A DNA stretch of 64,000 nt from Octopus vulgaris (taxonomy: Eukaryota), in the NCBI GenBank assembly GCA_951406725.2, contig OX597820.1:57598001-57662000 (forward strand), read 5' to 3'. Of this stretch, positions 1-14,596 are shown piece after piece. The translations under genes were made by a program, and so were the position numbers. The notes beneath the pieces are model-generated. The model saw only the letters and a program-made list of their open reading frames with translations. It ran no database searches and was not told the DNA's origin. Every line of letters begins with the position of its first letter. The first letter of the stretch is position 1.

Positions 1-680
1 CCCCCAACATTGCTTGACAACCGATGCTGGTGTGTTTACGTCACTGTAATTTAGCAGTTCAGCAAAATGAGACCGATAGAATAAGTACTAAGCTTATAAA
101 GAATAAGTCCTGGGGTCGATTTGCTCAACTAAAGGTGGTGCTCCAGCATGGCCACAGTCAAATGACTGAAACAAGTAAAAGTGTAAATCCATTACAACAT
201 GTACTGAAGCATTTGTATCTCCTTTGTCCAACATATACCAACACATTAATAAATATTTCTTTATTGCCCACAAGGGGCTAAACACAGAGAGGAAAACAAG
301 GACAGACAAACGGATTAAGTCGATTATATCGACCCCAGTGCATAACTGGTACTTATTTAATCGACCCCAAAAGGATGAAAGGCGAAGTCGACCTTGGCAG
401 AATTTGAACTCAGAATGTAGCAGCAGATGAAATACCGCTAAGCATTTCGCCCAGCATGCTAACGATTCTGGCAGCTCGCCGCCCTACACATTAATATATA
501 TCCCACCCATGCTAGCATGAAAGGCAGACATTAAACAACAATGATATCGATATTTAATTAGAGGTGGTGTTAACCTCATTAAGGGATGGTTTCAACCAAG
601 GAAATACTGCTTCAATACCTAGTATTTATGGGGAATTAATTTCCTTCAAGTAATAGGTGTATACATAAAAAACACAGGTT

Positions 681-860
681 ATACTCTGTTGTGTCTAGGG
701 AGAGTCATTTTCTTTTTGTGCCTATTGAAAAGGTTGCAAGACGCAACGAACATTTTAGGAAAATAAAAATAAGTGGAAATTTTACCGGTGAGTGTGTTAC
801 ATTATAAGGCACAAAAAGAAAACGACTCTCCCCAGACACAACAGAATATGCTTCAACACA
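681..860. repeat. Interspersed repeat with a 42-bp partial inverted duplication
   Basis: 681-723 pairs with 807-848. 724-860 has a diverged reverse-complement homolog at about 25440-25580. Confidence 0.65.
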
Positions 861-954
861 TGAACTCATATAAAGAATCTTGCAAACTAAATCCAAAAAC
901 GAAATACAGTTTAATACTCATATGAAAAAAAAAAAAAAGAAAAAAAAAGAAAAT

Positions 955-1820
955 GGAGATTGGAAGCTAATAATTATTTATTATTAAAAGCAAATTAATC
1001 ATCATCACTTTCAACTGTTTCGATTAATACTCAGTAAATAATAAGTAAATATTAAATTTATATTGATATGACCTGAGCATATCTTCAGAGGGAAGAAAAT
1101 ATACCCTTGGGTGTTTTATAATGAATCTATAAACGCATAAAAAACATCTAAGGGCATATTTTTTTCCTCCTCTGAAGATATTATGCTCGGGTCATCTATA
1201 TATATAAAACTGTAGTTGTGTGAGTGTCTGTCCCCTTCGATTTAGATTCCTAACTACTCCCACATTTTGCGGTGCAGTTTAACCAAATTCGGGTATCTTA
1301 TAGTTGTGACTCATATCGAGCCCGTCTGAGTATTAGCGCGCGTCTACGATGAGTCTACGATTTTAAAAATAATTTAACATCATTTTTTATTCCATTTTAA
1401 TGCATAATTTTTCGTGTGTCGATGGCAGCGGAGTTGGCGTCCATGGTCACACCTGCACCTGTTTGCTTCTCCCCCTTCTTCCCTCCCTCGTGAAGCTGTG
1501 GGGAAGGGAGTGTAAGGAAATCAACGTCGTAAAGCGTTGTCAAGGAGACCAGCGTTCTTTTAGAACAACGACTTCATGGCTTGAAGACACCAAAACAGAA
1601 ATGGCTAAGAAAGCCCGAATTGGCATCTATAAGGGAAGTAACTCTCTAAAAATGCTTATATAGTTATTTCCCTTACAAACCCGAGCAACGCTGGGCGATA
1701 CTGCTAGTATAAATATAAATTTAATATTTATTTAATATTTACTGAGTATTAATTGAAACAGCTGAAAGTATAGATGATTAATTTGCTGTTAAATAATAAT
1801 TGACTTTCCAATCCCCATCT
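955..1820. repeat. Palindromic element with ~165-bp arms, interrupted by the Helitron; probably a Penelope-derived inverted duplication
   Basis: 955-1118 is the imperfect reverse complement of 1140-1194 plus 1708-1820. Each arm carries CTGAAGA...stem...GAAACAG(C/T)TG, a degenerate hammerhead core. Confidence 0.7.
1195..1707 (+). mobile_element. Complete non-autonomous Helitron (513 bp)
   Basis: Starts TC (TCTATATATATAAAAC), ends CTAG after a GC-rich hairpin (cccgagcaacgctggg), and sits between host A1194 and T1708 with no TSD. Removing it restores the right arm of the surrounding palindrome. Confidence 0.9.
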
Positions 1821-2182
1821 TTCTCTTATATATATATAGGCATAGGAGTGGCTGTGTGGTAAGTAGCTTGCTTACAAACCACATAGTTCCGGGTTCACCT
1901 TGGGCAAGTGTCTTCTACTATAGCCTCGGGCTGACCAAAGCCTTGTGAGTGGATTTGGTAGATGGGAACTGAAAGAGCCCATCGTATATGTGTGTGTGTG
2001 TTCGTGTCTGTGTTTGACAACTGATGCTAGTGTGTTTAGGTCCCCGTAAGTTAGCGGTTCAGCAAAAGAGACCAACAGAATAAGTACTAGGCTTACAAAG
2101 AATAAGTCCTGGGGTCGATTTGTTCGACTAAAGGTGGTGCTCCAACATGGCCACAGTCAAATGACTGAAACAAGTAAAAGAG

Positions 2183-2237
<55 letters not shown>

Positions 2238-3049
2238 ATTTACATGATAGATAGACACACATATATCATCATTTAATGTCTGTTTTCCATGCTAGCTTGA
2301 GATGAGTACTCTGACAGGATCTGGCAAGGCCGAGAACCTTACCACTTTCCATCGTCAATTTTGGCATGGTTTCTACAGCTGGATGCTCTTCCTAACATCA
2401 ACCACTTTACAAGAGTATACTGGGTGCTGAGTGGTTTTTCTGTGGCACCAGCTTTGACAGGGTCACCAAGTACCTTGCAAGAAGAAAACTCCTCGACTGG
2501 GAGAGGGAAGTAATACTGAGAAGATGCGACTATATACATCAGTTTTTGAGTGAAAAAGAGTTCTTTATTTCAGGCAGTATTTTACTGCCAGACACTCTTT
2601 TTGTTGCCAACTATAACTTGTTTAGAAGAAAGAAATTTTTGTTCCCCCCGACTACTTCAAAAACAGCAATAGGATGTAATATTCAATTGGAATGTAAACA
2701 CAGCATTGCCATATTTGGTTCAGATAATTTCAGGAGATGAAATGGAAACAACAATGTATGTACGCACACAAGCATATGTGCAGTTTCCATGCAATTCTTG
2801 CATATGAATTCCACTTATAATGAATTGGTTACTCCAAGGCAACCAAAGGTGCCATGCAACAAAAATGAACCTACAACCATATGCTTGTGAAGCAAAATTC
2901 TTAACCACATAGACATGCTTCTTTCTTTCTTTCTTTCTGTTTCTCATTCCACACATACACAACCTTATAATTTACAAATAATCTGTACTTGCTGTCAAGC
3001 AGTGAGGGACAAACAAACATGCACACACACACACACACATATATGATTT

Positions 3050-3426
3050 AGGAGTGGCTGTGTAGTAAGTAGCTTGCTTACCAACCACATGGTTCCGGGT
3101 TCAGTTCCACTGTGTGGCACCTTGGGCAAGTGTCTTCTACTATAGCCTCGGGCCGACCAAAGCCTTCTGAGTGGATTAGGTAGACGGAAACTGAAAGAAG
3201 CCCATCGTATATATGTATGTGTGTGTGTCTGTTTGTTCCCCCCACCCAACATCGTTTTGACAACCGATGCTGGTGTGTTTATGTCCTCGTAACTTAGCAG
3301 TTCGGCAAAAGAGACCGATAGAATAAGTACTAGGCTTACAAAGAATAAGTCCTAGGGTCTATTTGCTCGACTAAAGGTGGTGCTCCAGCATGACCACAGT
3401 CAAATGACTGAAACAAGTAAAAGAGT
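3050..3426 (+). mobile_element. tRNA-derived SINE family A (dominant family; CORE-like centre and internal microsatellite)
   Basis: A box TGGCTGTGT(G/A)G, B box GGTTCAGT(C/T)CC, CCTTGGGCAAGT core and AAAAGAGTA tail. Other plus-strand copies lie at about 1-183, 1839-2184, 8836-9180, 9687-10108, 21740-22310, 27599-27981, 33820-34196, 42118-42460, 57265-57691, 59018-59430 and 63958-64000. Confidence 0.9.
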
Positions 3427-4489
3427 ATATATATAAAATATGACAGGCTGACAGTTTCTATCAATCAAATTTATTCACAAAGCATCAATTAACCTGGAGC
3501 TATAGAAGATTCTTGCCTAAGATGCTGTGCAGTAGGACTGAACCCAAGAATATGTGGCTGTAAACCAAGCTTCTTACTCACACAGCCATGCTGTTGGTTT
3601 AGTTTTTTTTTTACTTTTTTTTTACTTTTGCAAAAATAGTTTCCATAATAAAAATGAAAAAGAAAAAAGTAGGGAATTTATTTGCAGGTACGAAGGAATA
3701 ACTCCCCACCACCACCACGTGTGTGTGTGTGTGTTTATATAAAATGGAATTTATGATAGGAGGAATTATCTAACCAGAAATATATACCAGACATGAAATA
3801 AAAAATAAAAAAATCTCCTTGTTTTGTTTTGGGTCTTTTAACAGGTTATCAAAACTTTAGCAGGGAGGCAACTTTGAAAGGAAGCCTGGAAATGGGGGTA
3901 AAGAAGTGAGAGGAGAAAACGAGAAATAGGCAGCCAGACAAGACATGTGCAGGTTAAAGTCAATTACTGCTTGTATATATCTATTTATCTATCTATCTAT
4001 CTCTATATATAAAATTATATTTATCTCTGTATATAAAAATCTAGCTTACTGAATTCCTGCAGCTAACAGGAAGTATTAAATTCAGAAAACAAAAAAAAAA
4101 AACAAAAAAAAAAGTAAAAGAATGCCTGCCTACACATACATGTGGGTAACAACTATTCCAAAATTGCATAAATTCAGTTATTAGCCGTATGGTTAAGAAG
4201 CTTCCTTAACAGCCATGTGGTTCCAGGTTTGGTCTCACTGTGCGGCACTTTGCACTCAAATGTCTTCCACTGGCACCCCAGGTCAACCCTTGTCTTGTGA
4301 GTGAATCCAGTAGACAGAAACTGTGCGGAAGCCTGTCAGATGTGCGTGTGACATTGTGCTGTGTTTGCGATCCGCTACCACTTGACAACTGGTGTAGGTT
4401 TGTTTACATCCCTGTAATTTAGTGACTTGGCACGGCAGTGCTTCTGAGAGTCAGCTTCATCACAATGAGTGAGTTTTTAAGAAAAGTCT

Positions 4490-5450
4490 TATTTCACCAG
4501 GCATCTGTCCTTTATCATTTATTCTGCAATGCTCAGGGTCCTGAGGTCAGCCTCACTATTTCATCCCATGTTTTCCTGGATCCTCTAATGCCCAGTCTTT
4601 TACCTCAGCCCATTTATATACCATGTTGTTCATGCACACTTACTTTGTACATCCAATGGAGTATGTTTGCTTCATTTCGTTTGTCTTTTCATGTCCACTG
4701 CGCTCAAGGCCTATGTCTCACTACCATGCAGCATTGCAGTTTTAACACAGGCATTATACAATCTGCCTTTCATTATATGGCAAACGACCTCTGTTGCCAG
4801 CAACAGCAACAGATCCTTCAACTTTTCCCAATCCATTCTTACTCTGGCTTCCATATACATTCAGAGCAACTCTCTTGCTGATAACTTCTGGATTCATGAA
4901 ACATACTGTTTCAATGCATCTATCGCATGAAGTTTATGTTCTTTGATAATCTGCATGTGATTCTGCTACATCTTGTGTCAGTAGTTTACCTTGAGTACGG
5001 CATATGGAGTGTGTACCTACTCCTTTTCAGAATATCAAGCAAGGCCGTTTCCCTGGAAATTTTGATTTCTTTTCTACTAAAACTTTTGTATTTGCCAAGT
5101 TAACCTCAAGACCTCTCAACTACAGCTTTGGCTTCCATGTCTGAAATTTCTTCTCTAGTTCCCTTATAGATTCAGCTATGAGAACTAGAGCTTAAACTCC
5201 CCTGAGATGGCCAGTAGGACTATAATGAATAGGAGGGGCCTGAGAACTGAGCAGTGATGGACTCAAGCCCTTACATTAAATTCCTCACTAAAATCATTGA
5301 CTCGCTTCACTTACTGTATCTTTGTATACAGCTTATACAAGCCATTCAACACCTAGTTTCCATAGGGACTAGCAGATTACTGTACATGGTATCCTGTCAA
5401 ACGTAATATACTTTGGTATCAAAACTACCCAAGTGGAAACCAGTACATAG
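4490..5450 (-). mobile_element. Decayed RTE-clade LINE reverse transcriptase remnant
   Basis: Minus-strand translation fragments such as SVLRPLLFII and KGRLYNACVKTAMLHGSET, with frameshifts and stops, match RTE-type RT and C-terminal motifs. Confidence 0.8.
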
Positions 5451-6312
5451 TACAAGACACAGTTAACCTTCCAAAGTGTAAAGTATAGTCTACCCAACAA
5501 ACTTCTGTGGTTTCTTTCTTCCCAGTTTGACTCACAAAGCATAAGTTAACTCAAGACTAGTAGATGACATTTGGCCAAGATACCAAACAGTTACATAGAA
5601 CCTAGGAACTGTTGATCACAATGCAAACTGCTTAATCACCTCATTTTTTGATTATGTATACACACATATACTCAGAATAAAATATCAACTATAAATTTAC
5701 TGGTTTGCATAAGAGATCCGACGTTACTAATTAATAACGTGAAGTATAAATATATTAACTTCTTAAAACTAGTTATTGGTACTGCCACACAGTTAAGTGG
5801 CAGTATAATAGTTATATATACGTTCAGTAGAATTCCAGCTTCTTAAACGGGTTAGAGTTGAGAAGATTTGAAAGAAATGAGACTGCATATGATATATGAC
5901 CAACAATTACTTTTTAACAGATTATTCTGATAACAAACATAATACTATACCAACAGACTGTCTTCAGATATAAGCAATAATCTTTCATTGAAGGTATGAC
6001 AGGAATTTAATTTAATCTGTCATACTTCTAAATCAAAGAGGAAAGATAAAATATTAAAATAACCTACATATATTCTATCCACATCAAACTGACTATAACC
6101 TATATATGTCTTGGGAATGTTTTGTTGCATGAATGTGACATGCATTAATTTTTTTTTAATCAAGAAACTCCACATGAATTTTTATATTATAACCTCAGTG
6201 AGTTCTGAAATTAAGGTTTCCTATAAATTAGAGTCGTATAATTATTATTACCCAAGTGAGCTTAACTCATAAAAGAATAACTGGTTTTAGCTTAATTTTA
6301 ATACATTTGCTC

Positions 6313-6530
6313 TAACCCTTTAGCATTCAGATTATTCTGTCAAATGTAAGGTTTATTTATTCATTGTTTGGAATTAACCCTGCATTATCTTGTAGCTTTG
6401 AGATTTTGAAGAGGTAACTTAATATTTGGAATAATGTAGGGTTGATGTGAGAGGTTGCATCTAGCTAGTCTGGATATAAATCAGGTAGAATGTTGGCCGA
6501 TTATGGTCAGTTTGAATGTTAATAAGTTAA
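6313..6530 (+). mobile_element. piggyBac-type MITE (~220 bp)
   Basis: Family consensus TTAA|CCCTTTAGCATT...AATGCTAAAGGG|TTAA. Other copies lie at about 16075-16185, 19927-20128, 20360-21287 (split by a SINE), 24500-24666 and 32822-33048. Confidence 0.75.
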
Positions 6531-8063
6531 AGATTTGGTAAAAAACCATTTTTAAGCACTAATTCAAGCAAAACTTATCAACACAAATTGGTATTTCTCT
6601 AAATAGATTTAATTAAAAAATATATACCAGAGTTCACAAAACACCCAATTGTTTTATCATTCAAAATTTATAGAAGCAGGTATGGCATGGGCATTTAAGC
6701 TTGTCATCCATGTGGTCTAGGATTCAGTCTCACTGTGAGGAACCTGGAACAGATGTCCTCTACTATAGCCTCTGGTTGACCAGAGGCTTGTGAGTGGATT
6801 TGTGAGGTGGAAACTGAAAAAAGCTCACTAGCACCTATGCCAGCAGCATGTAAAATGCACCTTTTGAGTGTTGGGACTCACAGGGGCAATGATGACTGAG
6901 ACATTTGGCAATATGAGACCTATCAAGCCAAGTGAAATTATAATCGTGACACATTTCTTTATTGCCCACAAGGGGGCTAAACATACAGGGAGCAAACAAG
7001 GACAAAGAGATTAAGTTGATTACATCGACCCCAGCACGTAACTGGTACTTATTTAATTGACCCTGAAAGGATGAAAAGCAAAGCTAACCTTGGCGGAATT
7101 TGAACTTGGAACGTAATGGCAGATGAAATATCACTAAGTATTTTGCCCAGCATGCTAACGATTATGCCAGCCTGCTGCCCTAATCGCGACAGATATTGGT
7201 GTCATGCAACTGGCACTCATGTTGGTAGCACATAAAGAGAACCCATTACACTCTCTAAGTGGCTGGAGTCAGGAAGGGCATCCGGCTGTAAAAACCATAC
7301 CAAATCAGACTATAGTCTGGTGCAAAGCCCTCAGCTTACCAGCCCTGGTCGAACCGACCAACCCATGGACAATGAATATTAAATGATGATGTGTGTGTAT
7401 GTGTACCCTTGTCATGACATCATTTGCTAGTTGTAAATGAACATCACTGTAATACAAATGATGTTGTTGGTTTCCAATCTTCTGTGAAAAACATGTTTAG
7501 CCATAGGAAAAATTGTCTTGCTTGGAAACAGGTGAGGGGTTAATGACAGGAAGGCCATACAAATTTTACCTCAACAAATTCTATCTGATCCATGCAAGCA
7601 TAAAGAAGTGAATGTCAAATGATTATGATGATCATGTTCATGAAGATTTTATAATTGATATAATTAATATTTTGATATCAAGCTGTATTAAGTTTGACAA
7701 TCTCAACTATTTTTGCTGTTTTACTACAAACACATTTTAATTGATAATATGCAAAACCCCTGAAGCTACTCAGAAACGTTGGTAATATCTGAATTTATAA
7801 TCCTAAATGTTAATAATAATACCAATAATAATAAATTTCAAAATTTGGCACAAGGCCAGCAATTTCGGAGGAAGTTGTATGTTAATTATTTTGACTCCAG
7901 TACTCAACTGGTACTTTTATCAAATCCCGAGAGGATGAAAGGCAACAATGACCTTGGCAGAATTTGAACTCAGAAATGTGGAAGTTAGAGGCAATGCTGC
8001 TAAGCATTTTATCCAGCGTAATATAATAATGATTCTGCCAGTTCACTGCCTTAACTGATTATT

Positions 8064-8102
<39 letters not shown>

Positions 8103-8247
8103 GATAATAATAATAAATCCGGCTATTGTGTAGAGTATTTTAAGCATACAGAAAACAGATTGGAAGTGGGGAAGTCAATATACTAAGTTACACAATAGAC
8201 TGACTTGAATGACAATTAAAAAAAACAAAACCTTAAGAATTCAATAC

Positions 8248-8333
8248 TTAATAATAATGCAGTGATGAAGATGATATGAAATTGTAATCAACCTTAATTG
8301 GATAATAGTCAAAACTAATGATTGATGAGGGAG
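8248..8333 (-). CDS. Candidate downstream (cytoplasmic) exon of the TNFR gene
   Basis: Strong acceptor with branch point (ttcattcttgtCTAACatttctccag|). In phase 1 it reads (A)PSSIISFDYYPIKVDYNFISSSSLHYY-stop, or uses a weak AAG|gttgat donor at 8293. No homology support. Confidence 0.3.
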
Positions 8334-9017
8334 CTGGAGAAATGTTAGACAAGAATGAATAAACAAAAATAAAAACAGGAAAATAACCCATTGTTCTGAT
8401 CTAGCAAAATATTATTATTATTATTATTATTACCTTTATGGTAGATTACAAGTTTTCTACTAAGAAGCACTTTTCTCATTATCACAAAGAGTAACTTTAT
8501 AATCTATGACCATATAATTATAATTACACAAAACTATTTAAACAATCTTTTTGATAACATGATTCAAACAATTCATTTTATCCATTTTGAAAGAAAATTA
8601 AAATGAAATTCTAAAAATCTTTAATGAAAATGATATTTTACATAATAAATGTAAATAACAATGGCAAAGAGATTCCACTTGAATCATAACCCAAATTTAT
8701 CATGAAGAACAAAAAAGTAAATTATCAGTCAAGATGTGATCTCAATTACAGGAATGAATTGAATTAATGAAGTAATTACTAAACAATTTACTCCAGTGTG
8801 TATATACATGTGTCTGTGTACACATATACACACACAGGTGCAAATATAGCTGTGTGGTAAAAAGCTTGCTTTCCAAACCACATGGTTCTAGGTTCTGTCC
8901 CATTGCATGGCCTCTTGGGCAAGTGTCTTCTACCATAGCCACAGGCCAACTAAAACCATGGAAATGAATTTCGTAGATGGGAACTGAAATAAACTTATCG
9001 TGTGTGAAATAAACTTA

Positions 9018-9051
<34 letters not shown>

Positions 9052-9651
9052 CTTAGCAGTTAGGCAAAAGAGACTAATAGAATAAGTACCAGGCTTTTAA
9101 AAAAAAAAAGTACTGGGGTTGATTCATTCAATTAAAATTCTTCAAGGTTGGCCTCAGCATGGCTGCAGTCTAAGGAAAGAAAATAAATGTTTTTGATATC
9201 AAGAGAAGAGAAGAATTATTCAACTGAATCACCGTGTCCAAAATATTTATAACGAAATTCAACAAGATTTAATATGACAGGCATGGCTGTGCAGTGAGGC
9301 TTATTCTTCAACCGTATAGCTTCAGATTCAGTTCCACTGTACAGCACTTTGGGCAAGTGTCTTCTGCCAGAGCCCCTGGGCCAACCAAGGCTTTGTGAAT
9401 GCATTTTGTAGATGGAGATTGCATGTGTGTTTGTGTCCTCATTTATTGTCTGTTTTCCATGCTGGGAAACCATCCACCATCGGGTGGATGGTTTGACAGG
9501 AGCTGGGAAGCTGGAGGGCTGCACCAGGCCCCAGTTGTTTGTTTTGGTATAGTTTCTGTGGCTGGATGCCCTTCTTCATGCCGGTACGGCATTGGTGCTC
9601 TTAACATGCCACTGACACAGATGTTTATGTGGAACCAGCAAGGGTGTGACA

Positions 9652-9688
<37 letters not shown>

Positions 9689-9851
9689 CGCATGAGTGGC
9701 TGTGTGGTAAGTAGCTTGCTTACCAACCACATTGTTCCAGATTCAGTTCCACTGCGTGGCACCTTGGGCAAGTGTCTTCTACTATAGCCTCAGGCCAACT
9801 AAAGCCTTGTGAGTGGGTTTGGTAGACGGAAACTGAAAGAAGCCCATCGTA

Positions 9852-9900
<49 letters not shown>

Positions 9901-10104
9901 ATGTGTGCGTGTTTGTCCCCCCAACATCGCTTAACAACCAATGCTGATGTGTTTGTGTCCCCGTAACTTAGCAGTTCGGCAAAAGAGAGCGATAGAATAA
10001 GTATTAGGATTACAAAGAATAAGTCCTGGGTTTGATATGCTCGACTAAAGGCGACGCTCCAGCATGGCCGCAGTCAAATGACTGAAACAAGTAAAAGAAT
10101 AAAA

Positions 10105-10161
<57 letters not shown>

Positions 10162-10987
10162 AATAATATCAAAGAGTAATCTGAAATATTAGGAATTTCC
10201 ATTACCAGTGGCCCAGCTTGTAAAAATTTAGTCAATAGACTGGTCCAAGAATTAGATGGTAAATGTTTTTATTTTTCATTCCCTTCGAAATTTTATCCCT
10301 AAAAGTGGTTTGGAATTTAACTGCCCTCTCTAGCATGCAAGGAGTCCTATGATGGATGCCTCATGTGTTTTATATATATATATATGTATAAAGAGAGAGA
10401 GAGAGAGAGAAAGTGTGTATGTGGGTGTTTCTGTTGGTCCCTTGCTACAGCTTGACAATGGGAGTTGGTTTGTTTATGTCCCCTTGACATATCATCAGTT
10501 CAGTGGAAGAAACTGATAGAATAAGTACCAGCCTTTTTCAAAAAAATAAGTTCTGAGGTCAATTTGTTCAGCTAAAATGGTGCCCCAGCATGACCATAGT
10601 ACAACCACTGAAACAAGTTAAAAGGTAAATGGTAAAAGATTCTCACAGTGGGTGCAGAGGTTGCTGTGTGATTTTAAGTATTTCACATTAACTATGCAAG
10701 TTTCGGGCTTGTAGAACCGCAGCATCTGAACGAACTCATAAATAATAAGTGGAGGGGGGAAGGGTGCAGCACTAATGAGAAATAAACAAACTGTAGATGT
10801 GTTCAATATGTTTGTGACATACTTAGGCAATGTCGAAAGGCAATTTCATTGCAGATTACCATGGAAAAAGAAAATTCTCACTTATGGCAAGTTATAGGTG
10901 CAAGTATGGTCATGGAGGTAAGAAGTTTGTTTTACAGCATGTTTCAAGCTGACAGCTTAAAAACTTGCTTCACTAACATGGCATAAG

Positions 10988-11470
10988 GGATGTGCTCAAG
11001 GGAAGGTTGGACAGGACCATCTGCGCCAACCTCATTAACAGTGCAGTTCTGCCTGCAATGTTATATGGTAGTGAAACATGGGCTACCACAAAGAGAGAAG
11101 AGCAAAGGCTGGTAACAGCTCAAAGAGCCATGGAAAGGTCAATGCTTGGTATCTCGTTGAGAGAGCACATAAGTAGTGAGATCATCAGAAAGAAGTCCGG
11201 CGTGAGAGATGTAATCGCAGAGTATACACGCAGCAAGTATAGATGGGCTGGACACGTCGCCCGGCTCACCGATAATCGGTGGACGCACGCAGTTGTCAAG
11301 TGGTACCCACGCAAGCGGAAAAGACCTCCATGATGGTGGAGTTACGATTTCAGGAGGACGATTGGGATCACGTGGATGAGAAAGATGCGATCCAAGGAGG
11401 AGTGGACAGTGTGCTGTAACCAGCGGTGTCAAATGGACGCCTGACGGACTGGTCAGTCAAGGTGAAGGTA
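10988..11470 (+). mobile_element. 5'-truncated RTE-clade LINE 3' end
   Basis: ORF 10992-11333 (LPAMLYGSETW, AQRAMERSMLGISL, KYRWAGHVARLTDNRWT, WYPRKRKRP) is the typical RTE ORF C-terminus. It is followed by a short UTR and a (AAGGTG)-type tail. Confidence 0.92.
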
Positions 11471-12676
11471 ATATATATATATAAAGGTGGCGAGCTGGCA
11501 GAAATGTTAGCATGCCGGGTGAAATGCTTAGTGATAGTTTGTCTGTCTTTACATTCTGAGTTCAAATTCCGCTGAGGCTGACTTTGCTTTTCATCCTTTC
11601 AGGGTCGATAAATTAAGTACCAGATGTGTACTGGGTTGATCTAATCAACTGGCTCCCTTCCCCCAAAATTTTGGGGCTTGTACCTAGAGTAGAAAAGAAT
11701 ATATATATCACCGTGATCGACCAGGCTATCAAATGTTGTAACACATTGCTGGTCACAATGCGCTTTGCATTGTTTTAGCCTTCAAATGACGCCACCCCTC
11801 TGGCTAAGTGAGCAGGCCAACAGAAGAAAGAGTGAGAGAAAGTTGTGGCGAAAGAGTACAGCAGGGATCACCACCACCCCCTGCCAGAGCCTTGTGGAGC
11901 TTTAGGTGTTTCCGCTCAATAAACACTCACAACGCCCGGTCTGGGAATTGAAACCGCGATCCTACAACCACGAGTCCGCTGCCCTAACCACTGGGCCATT
12001 GCACCTATATGTGTGTATGTGTGTGTCTGTATTTATCATGGACCCTCCGGTTGAATACGATGTATGGGTGTTCAGCTTTTGCCAACTGACCTACACAAAT
12101 GATTTGTTTATAGTGATCAAATGTATGCACTGTACATTCACTCATTCCCTCCATCAAATAGATGTTATCTGAACAGGTGTATGGTGTACCACGCATCAGG
12201 TGCTGAAGTGATTGCAGAGAACATGAGATGACATGTTCTGCTTATGAACACAATGCACCACCCAGTCTAGATATTGAAACCATGATCTTGAGATTCTGAC
12301 TGCAACACCCCAATCACTAGGCTGTATATATTTTAATTTTTTTTTTACTTGTTTTAGTCATTTGCCTGCAGCCAGGCTGGAGCACTGCCTTTCAGTGGAA
12401 CAAATCGATTCCAGGACTTATTCCTAGAATAAGCTTGGCACTTATTCTATTAGTCCATTTTGCTGAACTGTTAAGTTATGGGGACATAAATACACACACA
12501 CACACATATATATATATACTTATACACACACAACTTCTTTCAGTTTCCGCCAACCAAATCCACTCACAAGGCTTTGGTTGGCCAGAGGCTATGGTAGAAG
12601 ACACTTGCCCAAGGTGTCACACAGTGGGGCTGAACCTAGAACCATGTGGAAACAAGCTTCTTACAACACAACTACA

Positions 12677-12717
<41 letters not shown>

Positions 12718-12873
12718 GGCGTGCGTGTTCAGAAAAATAGAAATAGCTTTTCCACCTTAATAATTAGATGTTCAAAACATGAAATTCTTGAAGTGGAAAA
12801 ATTATCAGAAAAGCTATTTCTATTCATTTTTTCAAATATAGAATACTGTACCAAGGGCTATTTCTTATTCTAC

Positions 12874-12918
<45 letters not shown>

Positions 12919-14596
12919 TTATATATATATATATATATATACATACACACACACACAGTATATAGGGATGGTTATAAACTGGGTTCAGGTTTACTACATC
13001 GAGTAGGAGCACCTAAGATTACTGAGGGTGAGCAATCCCACTATAGTTTATCCAACAGGGAAATCCCAGGTTAGCATCACTGGATTATGAATATTTTCAG
13101 TAGTAGTTCGCTTCAGACTACATCTGTGGACCGACCTTGAATTAAGGGTGTATAGTCGAAAATACCTTGATACAAATGTAACTATGCAGCAGAAACATGT
13201 TGGGTCATATCTCCACCAATTATGCTGTATAATTAACTGTAAAAATAAGCAGATATACCAATCTCTATATTTAATGTAACTGTCTTATATACATACATAT
13301 ATATAAGATATATAGGTACAGGCATGGCTGTGTGTTTAAATATAGGTACAGTTATGGCTGTGCTTTACAATCTGAGTTCAAATCCCCTTGAAGTTTATTT
13401 TCTTTTCTTTTCAGAACTTGAGACATGGTTGTGCTTTACAATCTGAGTTCAAATCCCCCTGAAATTTATTTTATTTTCCTTTCAGGACTTGAGACAAAAT
13501 AAAGTATTAGTACATAGGTTGATGTACTCAACTAACATATCTTCACCAAATTACTAGTCTTGTGCCTCAATTAGAAATTAAATATGTAATTTTGATCTGA
13601 GGACTTCCACCTCACCTGTTTCTGATCAAGAAATGTTTCCACATGGCCAGACAAGTGAACTCGCATCAGCTGGCACAAAGCCACCTCCCTCAATACTACT
13701 ACTACTACCCCACTCAGTTGAGGTGGAGTCTTCTCTTGCAAGGTGCTTGATGACCTCACTGGTGCTGTTGCCATGTAAAAAGCACAGAGTACAATCTGTA
13801 AAAGTGTTTGGTTGTTAGGAAAGGCGTCCAGCCATCTAAACCATATCAAAGCAGACAATAAAGTTTGGTGCAGTTCTTATTTCTTTATTGTCCACAAGGG
13901 GGTAAACATAGAGGGGACAAACAAGGACAGACATAGGGATTAAGTTGATTACAATCGACCCCAGTGCATAACTGGTACTTAATTTATCAACTCCGAAAGG
14001 ATGAGAGGCTAAGTTGACCTCGGAGGATTTTAAACTGAGAACCTAATGGCAGACGAAATACTGCTAAGCATTTCACCTGGCATGCTAACGATTCTGCCAG
14101 TTCTTTAGCTACCCAGCTCCTGTAAAACCATCCAACCCATGCTGGCATGAAAGGTAGATGTTAAATAATGAGGATTTCCCCACCACTTTTTTTTTTTTTA
14201 CTCGTTTTGGGCATTTACCAAGATAAAAATATCCTGAAAACATTCTATAGAATCTAATAAGAATTATGTTTGCAGTTGACAACTATAACGAATCTCACAA
14301 ATGAAAAACAGAATCAAAACAGATATGAAATCTAATGCGACAATTCCAATGGATAACGAATAAAAATCAACTGAAAGATGGATTCAAGTGACACCATTAA
14401 TATTCCAGGAAGAACTATATAACAGTAATTTATATATTTTTCTTTTTCCTTTGCAAGCATGTTTGTATGACTGATTTTGTATTTCCCTTCATTTTCAGTT
14501 ATGTTCAATGTCAGTAAACAACAGCCATGTTGTCAGTACAGAGGAATCTTTTACTTGCAGCTGTTAAAATCTACCAACTTGAATAACTACCTAGAG

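Noticed and set aside
2995-3263. Recurrent ORFs such as YDGLLSVSVYQIHSQGFGRPEAIVEDTCPRCH across the window
   Set aside because: Antisense translations of SINE family A, not a gene family.
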